A DNA stretch of 64,000 bases from Candidatus Tayloriibacteriota bacterium (GCA_039934295.1 JBDTMN010000004.1:4840-68839), one strand, 5' to 3'; shown: positions 1 through 8,519, counted from the stretch's first letter. The notes: a model not told the origin generated them from the sequence alone. Program-made: numbers and translations.

Positions 1-161
1 GAGAACGCCGGCAATTCCTCTTGCAAACGCTCGACAAGCTCTTAATCGCCTTGCACCCCTTCATGCCTTTTGTCACGGAGGAGCTATGGAGCGGAGTGCT
101 CCACACGGAAGACAGCAAAAAGTTATTGATGATAGAAAAGTGGCCGACAGATAACATATGA
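1..161 (+). CDS. C-terminal fragment of a class I aminoacyl-tRNA synthetase, ValRS-like (truncated at the window start)
   Basis: Frame 3 translates to ...LIALHPFMPFVTEELWSGVLHTEDSKKLLMIEKWPTDNI*. The HPFMPF(I/V)TEE(L/I)W motif is characteristic of the ValRS anticodon-binding region. Stop codon at 159-161. Confidence 0.45.
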   Translation, partial: ERRQFLLQTLDKLLIALHPFMPFVTEELWSGVLHTEDSKKLLMIEKWPTDNI

Positions 162-216
162 CATGTAACACGCAACATGTAACATGCAATGAGAAAGAGG
201 ATTTTGATTTTTTTGG

Positions 217-1062
217 ATGTTACATGCTAAATGTTACAAGCTACGTGTTACATTTTATTCAATGGCTATCGCAAACACAATTGCATATAGTTTGATAGGT
301 GGCATCATTCCCGCCTTGATTTGGCTTTGGTTTTGGCTTAAGGAAGACCATCATCCCGAGCCCAAACGCCTCATCATCTACGCATTCCTCGCGGGCATGC
401 TCATGGTGCCCTTGGTTATTCCATTTCAGCAATATGTGCAGGCCACGATTTTTCCCGGAGATATCTCGTCTCCGAGTCTTTTTCACGGACCAACTGTCTT
501 CACTCCCTTCGTTCCCCTTCTCACACGCCTATTTCCTATGCAAGTTTGGCTTATCATTTTGTGGGCGGGACTCGAAGAGCTTTTCAAATTTATTGCGGCC
601 TATTTTGTCGTCTTGAGGAGAAAAGACGACAATGAGCCGGTGGACAAAATTATTTATCTTATAACAGTGGCCTTGGGCTTCTCCGCGCTCGAAAACGCCC
701 TTTTCATATTCAATCCCCTCTTTGACGGCAATTATAGTTTGAGTTTTATTACCAGCAACCTGCGCTTCGTGGGAGCTACCCTCTTGCACACTATCTGTTC
801 TGCCTCAATTGGAGTTGCACTCGGCCTTGCCTTCTACAAGAGCCGTTTATCAAAGTTCCTCCACCTGTTAGGCGGATTTGCCGTGGCTCTCGCCTTGCAT
901 ACTTCCTTTAATTTATTTATAATAAACAGCAAGGATGAGATCAACTTCGCAGTCTTCTATTTTGTCTGGCTCTCGATTATTATTCTCCTTCTCTTTTTTG
1001 AAAAAATTAAAAGCGTCATTAACATAAATGCGGCTCATAGCGAAAAAGCATCTTCGCAATGA
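217..1062 (+). CDS. prsW: PrsW-family intramembrane metalloprotease (probable true start at ATG 262, MAIANT...)
   Basis: Polytopic membrane protein with a GLEELFKFIAAY (EExxK) motif, GFSALENALF, and a HTICSASIGVALG FxxxH-like motif. Confidence 0.55.
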   Translation: MLHAKCYKLRVTFYSMAIANTIAYSLIGGIIPALIWLWFWLKEDHHPEPKRLIIYAFLAGMLMVPLVIPFQQYVQATIFPGDISSPSLFHGPTVFTPFVPLLTRLFPMQVWLIILWAGLEELFKFIAAYFVVLRRKDDNEPVDKIIYLITVALGFSALENALFIFNPLFDGNYSLSFITSNLRFVGATLLHTICSASIGVALGLAFYKSRLSKFLHLLGGFAVALALHTSFNLFIINSKDEINFAVFYFVWLSIIILLLFFEKIKSVININAAHSEKASSQ

Positions 1063-1075
1063 GTTACCTAAAAAA

Positions 1076-1537
1076 ATGAAAGATAGAAGATCATTTTTCG
1101 AACGTCTAACCGGCTCTGTCCATGTTGACGAAATGGAAGAAGAGGCTCTGGAAACGCGAAAGGTGCCCCGCAGTGACTGGAAAGAAGAGACCGAAGCGGA
1201 TAGCGACGGTCAGCTTACCGTTGATGTGTACCAAAATCCAACCGACATCATCATTAGAACGATGGTGGCAGGAGTGCGACCGGAAGATTTGGATATTTCC
1301 ATAACGCGAGAAATGGTGACAATCAAGGGAAAACGGGAATCCGGCCGAGAGATATCCGAGCAGGATTATTTTTTCAAAGAGCTCTATTGGGGAACATTTT
1401 CGAGAACGATTCTCCTTCCTCAAGAAGTGGAAGTTGAGGATGCGGAAGCCACGGAGAAATTTGGACTCTTGACACTGCGATTGCCGAAAATAAATAAAGA
1501 GAAGCAAACGAAGCTCAAGGTGAAGTCGAATACGTAA
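1076..1537 (+). CDS. Hsp20/alpha-crystallin small heat-shock protein (ORF track start 1028 overlaps prsW; ATG at 1076 preferred)
   Basis: Alpha-crystallin domain: LTVDVYQNPTDIIIRTMVAGVRPEDLDISITREMVTIKGKRE ... GTFSRTILLPQEVEVEDAEATEKFGLLTLRLPK. Confidence 0.8.
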   Translation: MKDRRSFFERLTGSVHVDEMEEEALETRKVPRSDWKEETEADSDGQLTVDVYQNPTDIIIRTMVAGVRPEDLDISITREMVTIKGKRESGREISEQDYFFKELYWGTFSRTILLPQEVEVEDAEATEKFGLLTLRLPKINKEKQTKLKVKSNT

Positions 1538-1564
1538 AGGGAGAAAGTAAAAAGTGACAAAATT

Positions 1565-1599
1565 CTCATTTTGTCATCCCCGCGGATGCGGGGATCCAG
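1565..1599. repeat. Palindromic intergenic element copy (TTGTCATCCCCGCGGATGCGGGGATCCAG), terminator-like hairpin after hsp20
   Basis: GC-rich hairpin CCCCGCGGATGCGGGG flanked by TGTCAT / GGATCCAG. Same family as the copies at 17334, 24649, 25519, 42277, 43729 and 50873. Confidence 0.6.
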
Positions 1600-1643
1600 T
1601 ATGCCCGAGCCGAAAAGTTTACCGAACGTCGGTAAACAATAAA

Positions 1644-2255
1644 TTACGGTACCATATCGGCGAACACTACCAGCCGTTTACTGTAGCTTTTTTTTGATTT
1701 ATCCCAATCGCCCACGCAGGTAACAAGATTAAGATGCACGCCAACTTCGGACTTAAAAACCTCCGGCGCATAGGCGTCTTTATCATACTCTCGACTTTCT
1801 TTCACTTCAAAGGAGACAACCTTGCCCTCGCCGTCTTCAACGTATATTTTGTCTCCTTTGCGCAATCTGTCTAAATTATCGAATATCGCCGCAATACCGT
1901 TTTTCCAGCCCCAATGACCCGCGATGACGGCACTACCTTTCTCCCCTGGGAGTGTTCCTAGAGAAAACCAGGCAACGTGAAGAGGGTCGTCAGGCGCCTC
2001 CATAGCGCCATCCGGCGTAAGACCGACAGTTCCGACTTCAACATCAACATTGATGCTTGGAATCTTCAGGCGCGTAGGTTTGATTAAAGTTGACTGAACG
2101 GTTTTTTCGTTACTGTCAACTTTGCTCTCCTGATGCAGAAATGGAACTAGGAAAAGCGCGGACACTGCAATTAGAATTATTGAAAATATTTTTTTTCCTG
2201 TGGCTGTATTCATTGCAATCATTTTCTTCATTATACTCCAAAAATCCGGTCCCAA
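1644..2255 (-). CDS. Sortase (transpeptidase) with N-terminal membrane anchor; likely start at MKKMIAMN (~2228)
   Basis: N-terminal TM helix. His-containing AVIAGHWGW. TLxTC-like active-site motif HLNLVTCVGDWD. Paralogous to the C-terminal domain of the 2335..4839 protein. Confidence 0.65.
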   Translation of the reverse strand: MGPDFWSIMKKMIAMNTATGKKIFSIILIAVSALFLVPFLHQESKVDSNEKTVQSTLIKPTRLKIPSINVDVEVGTVGLTPDGAMEAPDDPLHVAWFSLGTLPGEKGSAVIAGHWGWKNGIAAIFDNLDRLRKGDKIYVEDGEGKVVSFEVKESREYDKDAYAPEVFKSEVGVHLNLVTCVGDWDKSKKSYSKRLVVFADMVP

Positions 2256-2334
2256 AAAATGGCGGAACCTGTTTATTTACCTTCCTATTCGATTTGAGGA
2301 CTCCGACGTCGAGAGACCTGTTTCCACCCCCCCC

Positions 2335-4893
2335 CTAATTTGGCGACGCGTCCTCATTTCCAGTAATTGGAAACTGCACACCCGACTGCTTTGAGAGAAT
2401 ACTGTTCAACCTGCCTAACGAAATAGGCCCAAAAAATCCTGTCGGGGGCAAAATAGCGTTCGCCGTTTGCCAAGAGACAACCGCAGACCTTGTAATGGGG
2501 CCAAAATAGCCGGTCGGAGTGGGAATGTTGAGAAAATGATTGGCGATAAGAAATTTTTGGAGGGCCACAACATCGTCTCCAGTACTCCCGATTGTAAGGC
2601 TTCGTGTGAACGTGAACGGCGACCCTAGGCTTACCCCTTGCGGAGCTATCCCCACGGGGCTTATGGCCGGTGGGACTATGGCAACTGAATTCGGCACAAG
2701 GTCGGTAAATATCACCAATCGTTTTGTGAAGTCTTGTATGGATTCGTCCCAAGAACCAAGAAGACAGGTGATGATGTTGAGGTGGATGCCACCGTCGGAA
2801 GAAGAAAAAACATCGCTCGCATCAGCATCTGATTTATAGATGCGAATTTCTCTGACCGCAAAAGTAAGTGTTTTTCCTTTTTCATCTACAACAGTGAGCT
2901 TGTCCCCTTCCACCATTTGAATCAATTTGTTGAAAACTTCCGCTTTCCCGTCCAAAAGGAAACCGGTGTGACCGTCAATAACGGCGCTACCAACTCCCCC
3001 AATGCGTGCGCCTAGATTGAACCATCCAACCTCACCATAGCCCGATGGCACATCCATCAAACCTCCCGTCGTCAAGCCAACCGGCACAATTGGAGCATCA
3101 ATATTGAGATTCGGAATCTTGAGACGTCCTATAGTAGGAAGGGTACTACCGGTGGAAGGCAGTGACGGAGCCGGTTCGCTAACCGGTGGCTGATTACCTA
3201 TAGTAAAAAAAAACAGAAGGAGAAAGAGCGCCGAGCCCAAAAAGATGAACTGAAGCAATCTTTTTTCCTTTTTCCTTATCGCCCAAATCGCGAAGAGAGT
3301 CGCGAGTAAGACAAACGCAATGAGGATGACCAGAGGGGCATCCGAATTATTGTTGGAAGCTGGATTTATTGCTACGTCAAACAGCACAGGCGCTGTCTTA
3401 TCGTCATTATTTGCAAAATGAGGAAATTTCACCAAATTGGGAGACGCGACGACAACCGTCGTAAGGGCGTAATCAATGGCAGTCAAACCGTTTCCACTGC
3501 CGTCCGCTGTGGCCGTGACCGTGCTCACGCTGTTGTCGGAAACATGCATTGTGCAGGTGTAGACCCAGCTTTCCCCGGTGTCGAGCAAGCTGTTTTCATT
3601 GAAATCGCCGGAAGGGACAGAGAGAGTATTGCACGTGTTATCTGCAACGCTTACGTTTGAAAGCGCAACCGTGCCAGGATTAGTTGCAACATACGTATAG
3701 GTAACATCCCCTCCGCCAATAGGCAAAACAAACCTGTCCGGAGTTTTTATAACGCTAATTAATGGAGCCGGAAATGAAACGCCGACGGTGACTTTTGCAA
3801 CCGCCGAATCAATCGCGGACAAACCATTGGAAAAACCGACTGCAGTCCCAATATTTGTGGTGGTCTGCGTAACTCTCGCAGTGCATCGGTACGTCCATTT
3901 CTCCTTGATATCAAGTTTAGAATCGCTATTCGTGTCGCCGGAAATGAGATTGACCGAGGCGCACTTGTCATCACCTACCGTAACATTCCCAATCGCAACT
4001 TTCCCGACATTCAAAACTGTGTACGTGTAGGTGACCGATCCAGGACCCTCGGGCAAGGAGAGAGGGCTTGGCACTTGCAAAATGGAAATAAGCGGAGGGG
4101 TAGCAATAGTGTCTGCCGGTTGACTTGACGTAGGAGGAGGCGCGCACGTCGCTCTGGTAATGATGTTGCCATTCAAACTAACCGTCCCCTTTTCCGCAAG
4201 GACCCGTCCCTCCACGACTGCTCCAGTTGAAAGTGAAGCAGTGGTCAAAGCTAAAATATTTCCTCTTAAGATTGATTGTTCTCCGAGGTTCACCGAATCG
4301 CCGACAGCCCAAAAAACGTTGCAAGCTTGGGCCCCGCCCGCAAGAACCACCTCGCTTCTCCGCGCGGTTGCGAGAGTCGAAGTAGTTTTAAATATAAAAA
4401 CTGCGTTGGGGTCGCCTTTGGCATCGAGCGTGAGCTTACCATTTATCGCAAAAGTGCCGTCTGCGGATGCATATATTCCGGGAGTTTGAATTGTTCCGCC
4501 AAGCTCTGAAGGCACGGTTGCGCCTTGCGTTCGCCCAAGGATGTCTCTCGCCGCTCTCGCCAAGTCCGCTTTTGCAGAGGCGACCGGAACATCTGCCACA
4601 TGCAAAGTCCCGATAACGGATCCGTGCCCGAATCCGGAGAGCACAGTTCCGGGACCAACGCCGACATCACCATTTATTACAGAGTCGCCCGTATTTGTAA
4701 TTGAAATGCCCGCTAACACCGCAAAATTGTCGGCTGTTTCCAGATTTACCGGAGCTCTATAGTCTGCAGACGCCACAGTTCCGCTCATCAAAAAAACGAG
4801 TAGCGAAAGTATGAGGCGTGCGTCAAAATATTTTCTCATTTTTTTATTCAACCTTATTTCCAAACTCTTCGTCAGCCACATCCAATTCTGCAT
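2335..4893 (-). CDS. Multidomain surface protein. Layout: signal peptide, DUF3494 (ice-binding-like) domain, two DUF11-type repeats, TM with KR-rich stop-transfer, second TM, sortase catalytic domain, PG_binding_1 domain. Probable true start at MRKYFDAR (4839). Possible substrate-sortase fusion or frameshift artefact.
   Basis: ADNFAVLAGISITNTGDSVINGDVGVGPG matches the DUF3494 N-terminus. TYTYTVxNxG...VxDDKC repeats occur twice. ...LVILIAFVLLATLFAIWAIRKKEKR is followed without a stop by LLQFIFLGSALFLLLFFF. The sortase motifs are AVIDGHTGF and HLNIITCLLGSWD. C-terminal DDVVALQKFL...GYFGPITRSAV is PG-binding. The fusion point lies in poly-A/poly-T tracts. Confidence 0.6.
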   Translation of the reverse strand: MQNWMWLTKSLEIRLNKKMRKYFDARLILSLLVFLMSGTVASADYRAPVNLETADNFAVLAGISITNTGDSVINGDVGVGPGTVLSGFGHGSVIGTLHVADVPVASAKADLARAARDILGRTQGATVPSELGGTIQTPGIYASADGTFAINGKLTLDAKGDPNAVFIFKTTSTLATARRSEVVLAGGAQACNVFWAVGDSVNLGEQSILRGNILALTTASLSTGAVVEGRVLAEKGTVSLNGNIITRATCAPPPTSSQPADTIATPPLISILQVPSPLSLPEGPGSVTYTYTVLNVGKVAIGNVTVGDDKCASVNLISGDTNSDSKLDIKEKWTYRCTARVTQTTTNIGTAVGFSNGLSAIDSAVAKVTVGVSFPAPLISVIKTPDRFVLPIGGGDVTYTYVATNPGTVALSNVSVADNTCNTLSVPSGDFNENSLLDTGESWVYTCTMHVSDNSVSTVTATADGSGNGLTAIDYALTTVVVASPNLVKFPHFANNDDKTAPVLFDVAINPASNNNSDAPLVILIAFVLLATLFAIWAIRKKEKRLLQFIFLGSALFLLLFFFTIGNQPPVSEPAPSLPSTGSTLPTIGRLKIPNLNIDAPIVPVGLTTGGLMDVPSGYGEVGWFNLGARIGGVGSAVIDGHTGFLLDGKAEVFNKLIQMVEGDKLTVVDEKGKTLTFAVREIRIYKSDADASDVFSSSDGGIHLNIITCLLGSWDESIQDFTKRLVIFTDLVPNSVAIVPPAISPVGIAPQGVSLGSPFTFTRSLTIGSTGDDVVALQKFLIANHFLNIPTPTGYFGPITRSAVVSWQTANAILPPTGFFGPISLGRLNSILSKQSGVQFPITGNEDASPN

Positions 4894-5317
4894 CGCGCTT
4901 TGTCATCTGAACACGCCCGTCGATGTGGTTAGGTGGTGAGTACATCGTGTAGATTTTTAAAGATTCGCCTCCGGTATTTACGAAGTTATGCTTTGTTCCC
5001 GGAGTTACCACTACCACATCTCCCGATTCGAAGGGTTTCCTCACTCCGTCCAATAGTGACACGCCATATCCTTGGAAAAGAAAAAGAGTTTGTTCGGTGT
5101 GAGGATGAGTCTCCTCTCCGATATCTTCTCCGGGCTTTATGTCCATCACAACAAGCTGGCTATTCTTTCCTGTGAAAATGACTCTTCTAAAAGCCGTGTT
5201 GTCCAGCGTTTCTTTTATTATATTTCCGGAGTGTGACATTGTGGAAGGTAAGATGAAGAACTCGTGAAAGCAAGCGCGCAACTTATATGCCTCAAACGGC
5301 AACTGAAATAGGGACAA
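4844..5317 (-). CDS. Cupin-domain protein (likely true start MSHSGNII near 5239)
   Basis: Cupin_2 barrel signature: VVMDIKPGEDIGEETHPHTEQTLFLFQGYGVSLLDG...GDVVVVTPGTKHNFVNTG. Confidence 0.5.
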   Translation of the reverse strand: MSLFQLPFEAYKLRACFHEFFILPSTMSHSGNIIKETLDNTAFRRVIFTGKNSQLVVMDIKPGEDIGEETHPHTEQTLFLFQGYGVSLLDGVRKPFESGDVVVVTPGTKHNFVNTGGESLKIYTMYSPPNHIDGRVQMTKRDAELDVADEEFGNKVE

Positions 5318-5372
5318 TGTAGCCTCGCACAGAGACGGACCGAGGATTCATCCCTTAAGAATTTATGCGGAG

Positions 5373-6914
5373 CTAAATTGATTTCTTCTTTCGAGTAGTG
5401 TTGAGCAGGAGCAAAATCGCAACGAGACCAACCGAGATAATGATATTCCAAGGGACAGTATCATCAGGAGCAATTCCAGTATTTGGCAGGGTAGGTGTGC
5501 CACTAGTTGGCAAGTCCACTACTAGAGCACCCACAGGAACAGTCACCTCTGCCGTATCAGAAACTGTTCGGCCGTTCGCTTCACCAGTGGCGGTAACAAT
5601 GTTCGTGGTAGTTTGATTGAGTGTAGTTGCACAGCGATAAATCCAAGTTTCGTCGTTATCAAGCAATGAGTCCTCATCTGCGTCACCAGAAACAAAGCTC
5701 ACCGAAACGCATTTATCGTCAACGACTGTCACAGTACTCAACGAGAGTGGGCCGGGATTGGTAACCGTGTAGGTATATGTAACCAGTCCGGGTCCTGCAG
5801 GCAGTGCCGAAGGAGTCGGAAATTTTTCCACATTGATACGAGGTGAGGAAACAGACCTTCCTCCTCCGCTTGAACCACCACTTCGTGGAGGTGGGATGTC
5901 ATTGTTATTTACCGTACATATTGCTACATCACCTCCGGCAAGGGTGATAGTACTGCCATCTACCGCAGAACCTCCATTATTGACACAGCTGAATTCTGAC
6001 GCACTATATCCTGAAGGACCTGATTCGGAAAGCGTATAGGTGTCGGCATTGAAAACTCCGCCGTTAACCAAAGGAGTGGTTCCGCTCAAATTTGTCGGAC
6101 TGCCACCGGTGCCGGTCGCTTGGAGAGTCCAATCGGTAGGAGATGCATTTCCACCATCGTCATTCGTGACAGTCTTTGTGAGAGTAAGAAGCGGACTTGA
6201 AGCGCAAACAGGCACTGTAATCGTGTCATTAGACGCAGTGACAGTTCCTCCAAATGCCAGAGCCCTTCCTGTCCAGCCCACAGTATCACCTATGGTAATA
6301 CCCGCGGCATCAATAACAGTTCCGACAAATGTTGAGTTTGCCCCAAGCGTCGTGGCCGATGTAGGAATCCAGAAGACATCGCAAGCTGAAGCACCACCCG
6401 TTAATAGAACAATAGAGTTTGCTGTTGAATCAAGTGCTCCGTCCATCCTGAAGATGTATGTTCCTGCGCCGTTTAGAGTGATAGTTGATCCTCCACCGAT
6501 GTTGACAGCGTTGTCAAAACAATAAATTCCGGGTGTGTACTCGGTAGTAGTTGCGCCGAATGTGGGAACGTGCGTAGTTTCAGATGCAAGATCAATTGGT
6601 CCAGAAAAAGTTAAGTCGCATGGGGTTTGATTATTTAGATTGACTAGAGCAACTCCTTGGGCCGTTCCTGCATTGCTGTAGACGGTGTCTGCCACATGCG
6701 TAGAACCGCTAACCGTCGCCGCCGTTCCTGTTGTATAACCAAGATCTCCAAAAATACTGTTTCCGCCGAGGTTGCTAAAAGTATCAGAAAGAATACCAAA
6801 CGAATTGGTCGCCCCAAGATTTGGCGTGGTCGCCGCAAAAGCCGGAATGGCTGACCCAGCCGAGAAAAAGGCGAGCGCTAACAGGACTACACCCACTTTC
6901 TTAAATTTTTTCAT
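5373..6914 (-). CDS. LPXTG-anchored surface protein with N-terminal DUF3494 (ice-binding-like) domain, Ig/prealbumin-like middle and one DUF11 repeat; sortase substrate
   Basis: Signal peptide MKKFKKVGVVLLALAFFSAGSAIPAFA. GATNSFGILSDTFSNLGGNSIFGDLGYTTG resembles DUF3494. LVTYTYTVTNPG...VVDDKC repeat. C-terminal LPNTG followed by a hydrophobic stretch and RKKKSI sorting signal. Confidence 0.65.
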   Translation of the reverse strand: MKKFKKVGVVLLALAFFSAGSAIPAFAATTPNLGATNSFGILSDTFSNLGGNSIFGDLGYTTGTAATVSGSTHVADTVYSNAGTAQGVALVNLNNQTPCDLTFSGPIDLASETTHVPTFGATTTEYTPGIYCFDNAVNIGGGSTITLNGAGTYIFRMDGALDSTANSIVLLTGGASACDVFWIPTSATTLGANSTFVGTVIDAAGITIGDTVGWTGRALAFGGTVTASNDTITVPVCASSPLLTLTKTVTNDDGGNASPTDWTLQATGTGGSPTNLSGTTPLVNGGVFNADTYTLSESGPSGYSASEFSCVNNGGSAVDGSTITLAGGDVAICTVNNNDIPPPRSGGSSGGGRSVSSPRINVEKFPTPSALPAGPGLVTYTYTVTNPGPLSLSTVTVVDDKCVSVSFVSGDADEDSLLDNDETWIYRCATTLNQTTTNIVTATGEANGRTVSDTAEVTVPVGALVVDLPTSGTPTLPNTGIAPDDTVPWNIIISVGLVAILLLLNTTRKKKSI

Positions 6915-7204
6915 AGTTTTTTACTATAAATATTTATTTTACTATATTTGGACATCAATATTCGTTCTTATTGAATTATAGAAATTATTAAGCGAGCGAT
7001 TCAACAGCGTCGCTTTCAATCAATTGTAGCACATCTGTATGATTCATTATACTCGTTCATACAAAATGAAAAAGAGCAGGTCTGTGGATAACCAAATTTT
7101 CCAATTTTCTAGCCAAATAAGCCAAATTTCGCGCTTAGCCTGCAGTTCGATTCTGGGTACTACTTAGCAAATAAAAATAACCCCGAAAGCTGGGGTAGTT
7201 TTTA

Positions 7205-7370
7205 TTTGTGCCGAGGCCCAGATGCCCTATCGGATCGGTCACGACTCTCGGCTCGTCGTCACTCGCCTCGGTCGCGACCCCAGCTCGCGATTTCGGCTAC
7301 TGCCGAAATAACGCTCCGCTTTTCGATTCTGGACGCGAAACAAGCAGTTGTTTCGCTACCTCGGCACAAA
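7205..7370 (-). ncRNA. tRNA-like element: 166 nt bounded by 12-bp terminal inverted repeats identical to the tRNA-Phe acceptor stem, with an unrelated structured interior
   Basis: TTTGTGCCGAGG (7205-7216) pairs with CCTCGGCACAAA (7359-7370). On the minus strand it reads GCCGAGG-TA-GC...TCTGGG-CCTCGGC-A, sharing the first 11 nt and last 15 nt of tRNA-Phe. The interior has perfect hairpins (GCGAAACAA-CTGC-TTGTTTCGC; TTTCGGC-AGTA-GCCGAAA) and no anticodon or T arm. Confidence 0.3.
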
Positions 7371-7401
7371 TGAAAACAGCCCAAAAAGGCTGTTCATTTT
7401 G

Positions 7402-7474
7402 TGCCGAGGCCCAGAATCGAACTGGGGACCTATTCCTCTTCAGGGAAGCGCTCTACCGACTGAGCTACCTCGGC
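7402..7474 (-). tRNA. tRNA-Phe (anticodon GAA)
   Basis: Minus strand reads GCCGAGG-TA-GCTC-AGTCGGTA-GAGC-G-CTTCC-CTGAAGA-GGAAT-AGGTC-CCCAG-TTCGATT-CTGGG-CCTCGGC-A. Acceptor, D, anticodon and T stems all pair. Loop CUGAAGA has U33, anticodon GAA and G37. No encoded CCA. Confidence 0.8.
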
Positions 7475-7592
7475 CTAAAACATCCGCAACGGATGTTCGC
7501 CCTAGGGCATATCCCAACATCAACAAACTAACTCTTTTAAGTTAGCACATTTTCAGTGAATACGAAAGAATGTCGGAGCAGGAGGCTCTATT

Positions 7593-7859
7593 TTACTGAT
7601 TGAGTAATTCTTTGTACTGGTCAATAATATTTGAACTTTTCGCAGATGGACTTTCATCTCCAAACGCGCCAAGCAAACTTGAAATATACATTTGGGCAAA
7701 ATAGACGCCTCCAATCGACAGGAAAATAATAAGAATCCAGTATGAAGCGCGCATAATGTTCGAACGTCTTTGCGAACGCCTCATACCTTTCAAAATTTCA
7801 TTATTCTCTTCCGAGAGTTTATACGTCTTCTCGAGCAATTCTTTTTCTTCTGGTAGCAT
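7593..7859 (-). CDS. Small hypothetical membrane protein
   Basis: 88-aa ORF with one TM helix (ASYWILIIFLSIGGVYFAQMY). No recognisable family. Confidence 0.35.
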   Translation of the reverse strand: MLPEEKELLEKTYKLSEENNEILKGMRRSQRRSNIMRASYWILIIFLSIGGVYFAQMYISSLLGAFGDESPSAKSSNIIDQYKELLNQ

Positions 7860-7871
7860 AATAATTTTTTA

Positions 7872-8519
7872 TTATTTCACTTTCGCAATTTCTAGCGCTA
7901 ATTTTTCTGAAATTGTTTTTAAAGTTATTACATCTTTCCCCGCAAAGTTTTCCTTTGAAATTAAAGCATTTAGATCGTCGCAGATTTGATTGAAAGTAAG
8001 CGAATCTAATTGTCCTAATTTTTCTCGTTTATCACCCCAAGTAAAAGAGTCAAGTTTGTGCAAAATTTCCCTTACTTTTTTGTTTTTTTCAAATTGCGGA
8101 GGATACTGTTGAAGAATACGGTGCAATCTTTCAGAGTAAGTATCTCTATCCCGACTTTCTAATTCAACTGGAGGAATGTACAGCATTCTTTTAGGATGTC
8201 TCAATAGTCGTATTGATTTTGCTACTATTTGTTGTATGCGGGAAGGTCCAACTGCGAAATGCTCTCCAATTTCTTCTAAAGTTTCTCCTTGAAGAAATCT
8301 TCGCCTGATTATTTCTTTTGATCTTTCGTCCGGCAATGTCTCGATAAGTTGTTCAATGTCATCCCGTAATTGCGGATCGGAGGGAGTGAATTTTTTTCCT
8401 AATTCAGCGTCCTGTAGCATTTCAACAAAAGCTTCTCTTTCTGTAGCAGATACGGCATCTTCTTTCTTTATACGCTCAAATTTTTCCATATATGGACAAT
8501 TTTTAACACGACTATTCAC
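7872..8519 (-). CDS. Sigma-70 region-4 (HTH) domain protein
   Basis: LPDERSKEIIRRRFLQGETLEEIGEHFAVGPSRIQQIVAKSIRLLR is a sigma-70 r4 helix-turn-helix. This family is common in CPR genomes. Paralogous N-terminus to the 58692..59723 protein. Confidence 0.6.
   Translation of the reverse strand: MNSRVKNCPYMEKFERIKKEDAVSATEREAFVEMLQDAELGKKFTPSDPQLRDDIEQLIETLPDERSKEIIRRRFLQGETLEEIGEHFAVGPSRIQQIVAKSIRLLRHPKRMLYIPPVELESRDRDTYSERLHRILQQYPPQFEKNKKVREILHKLDSFTWGDKREKLGQLDSLTFNQICDDLNALISKENFAGKDVITLKTISEKLALEIAKVK

Noticed and set aside
6040-6525. Plus-strand ORFs of 60-160 aa lying inside large minus-strand genes, including 5398..5616, 5833..6039 and 6040..6525 inside the LPNTG surface-protein gene and similar ORFs within the P-type ATPase, CotH and leuS genes
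   Set aside because: They lie antisense within well-supported long CDSs, have low-complexity Pro/Ser/Thr/Val-rich translations and no motifs. Judged antisense artefacts.
7000-7200. 33-codon ORF (MKKSRSVDNQIFQF...) upstream of the tRNA-like element
   Set aside because: Too short and without support. The region is better explained by tRNA-derived fragments (CAGTTCGATTCTGGG) and a terminator hairpin.
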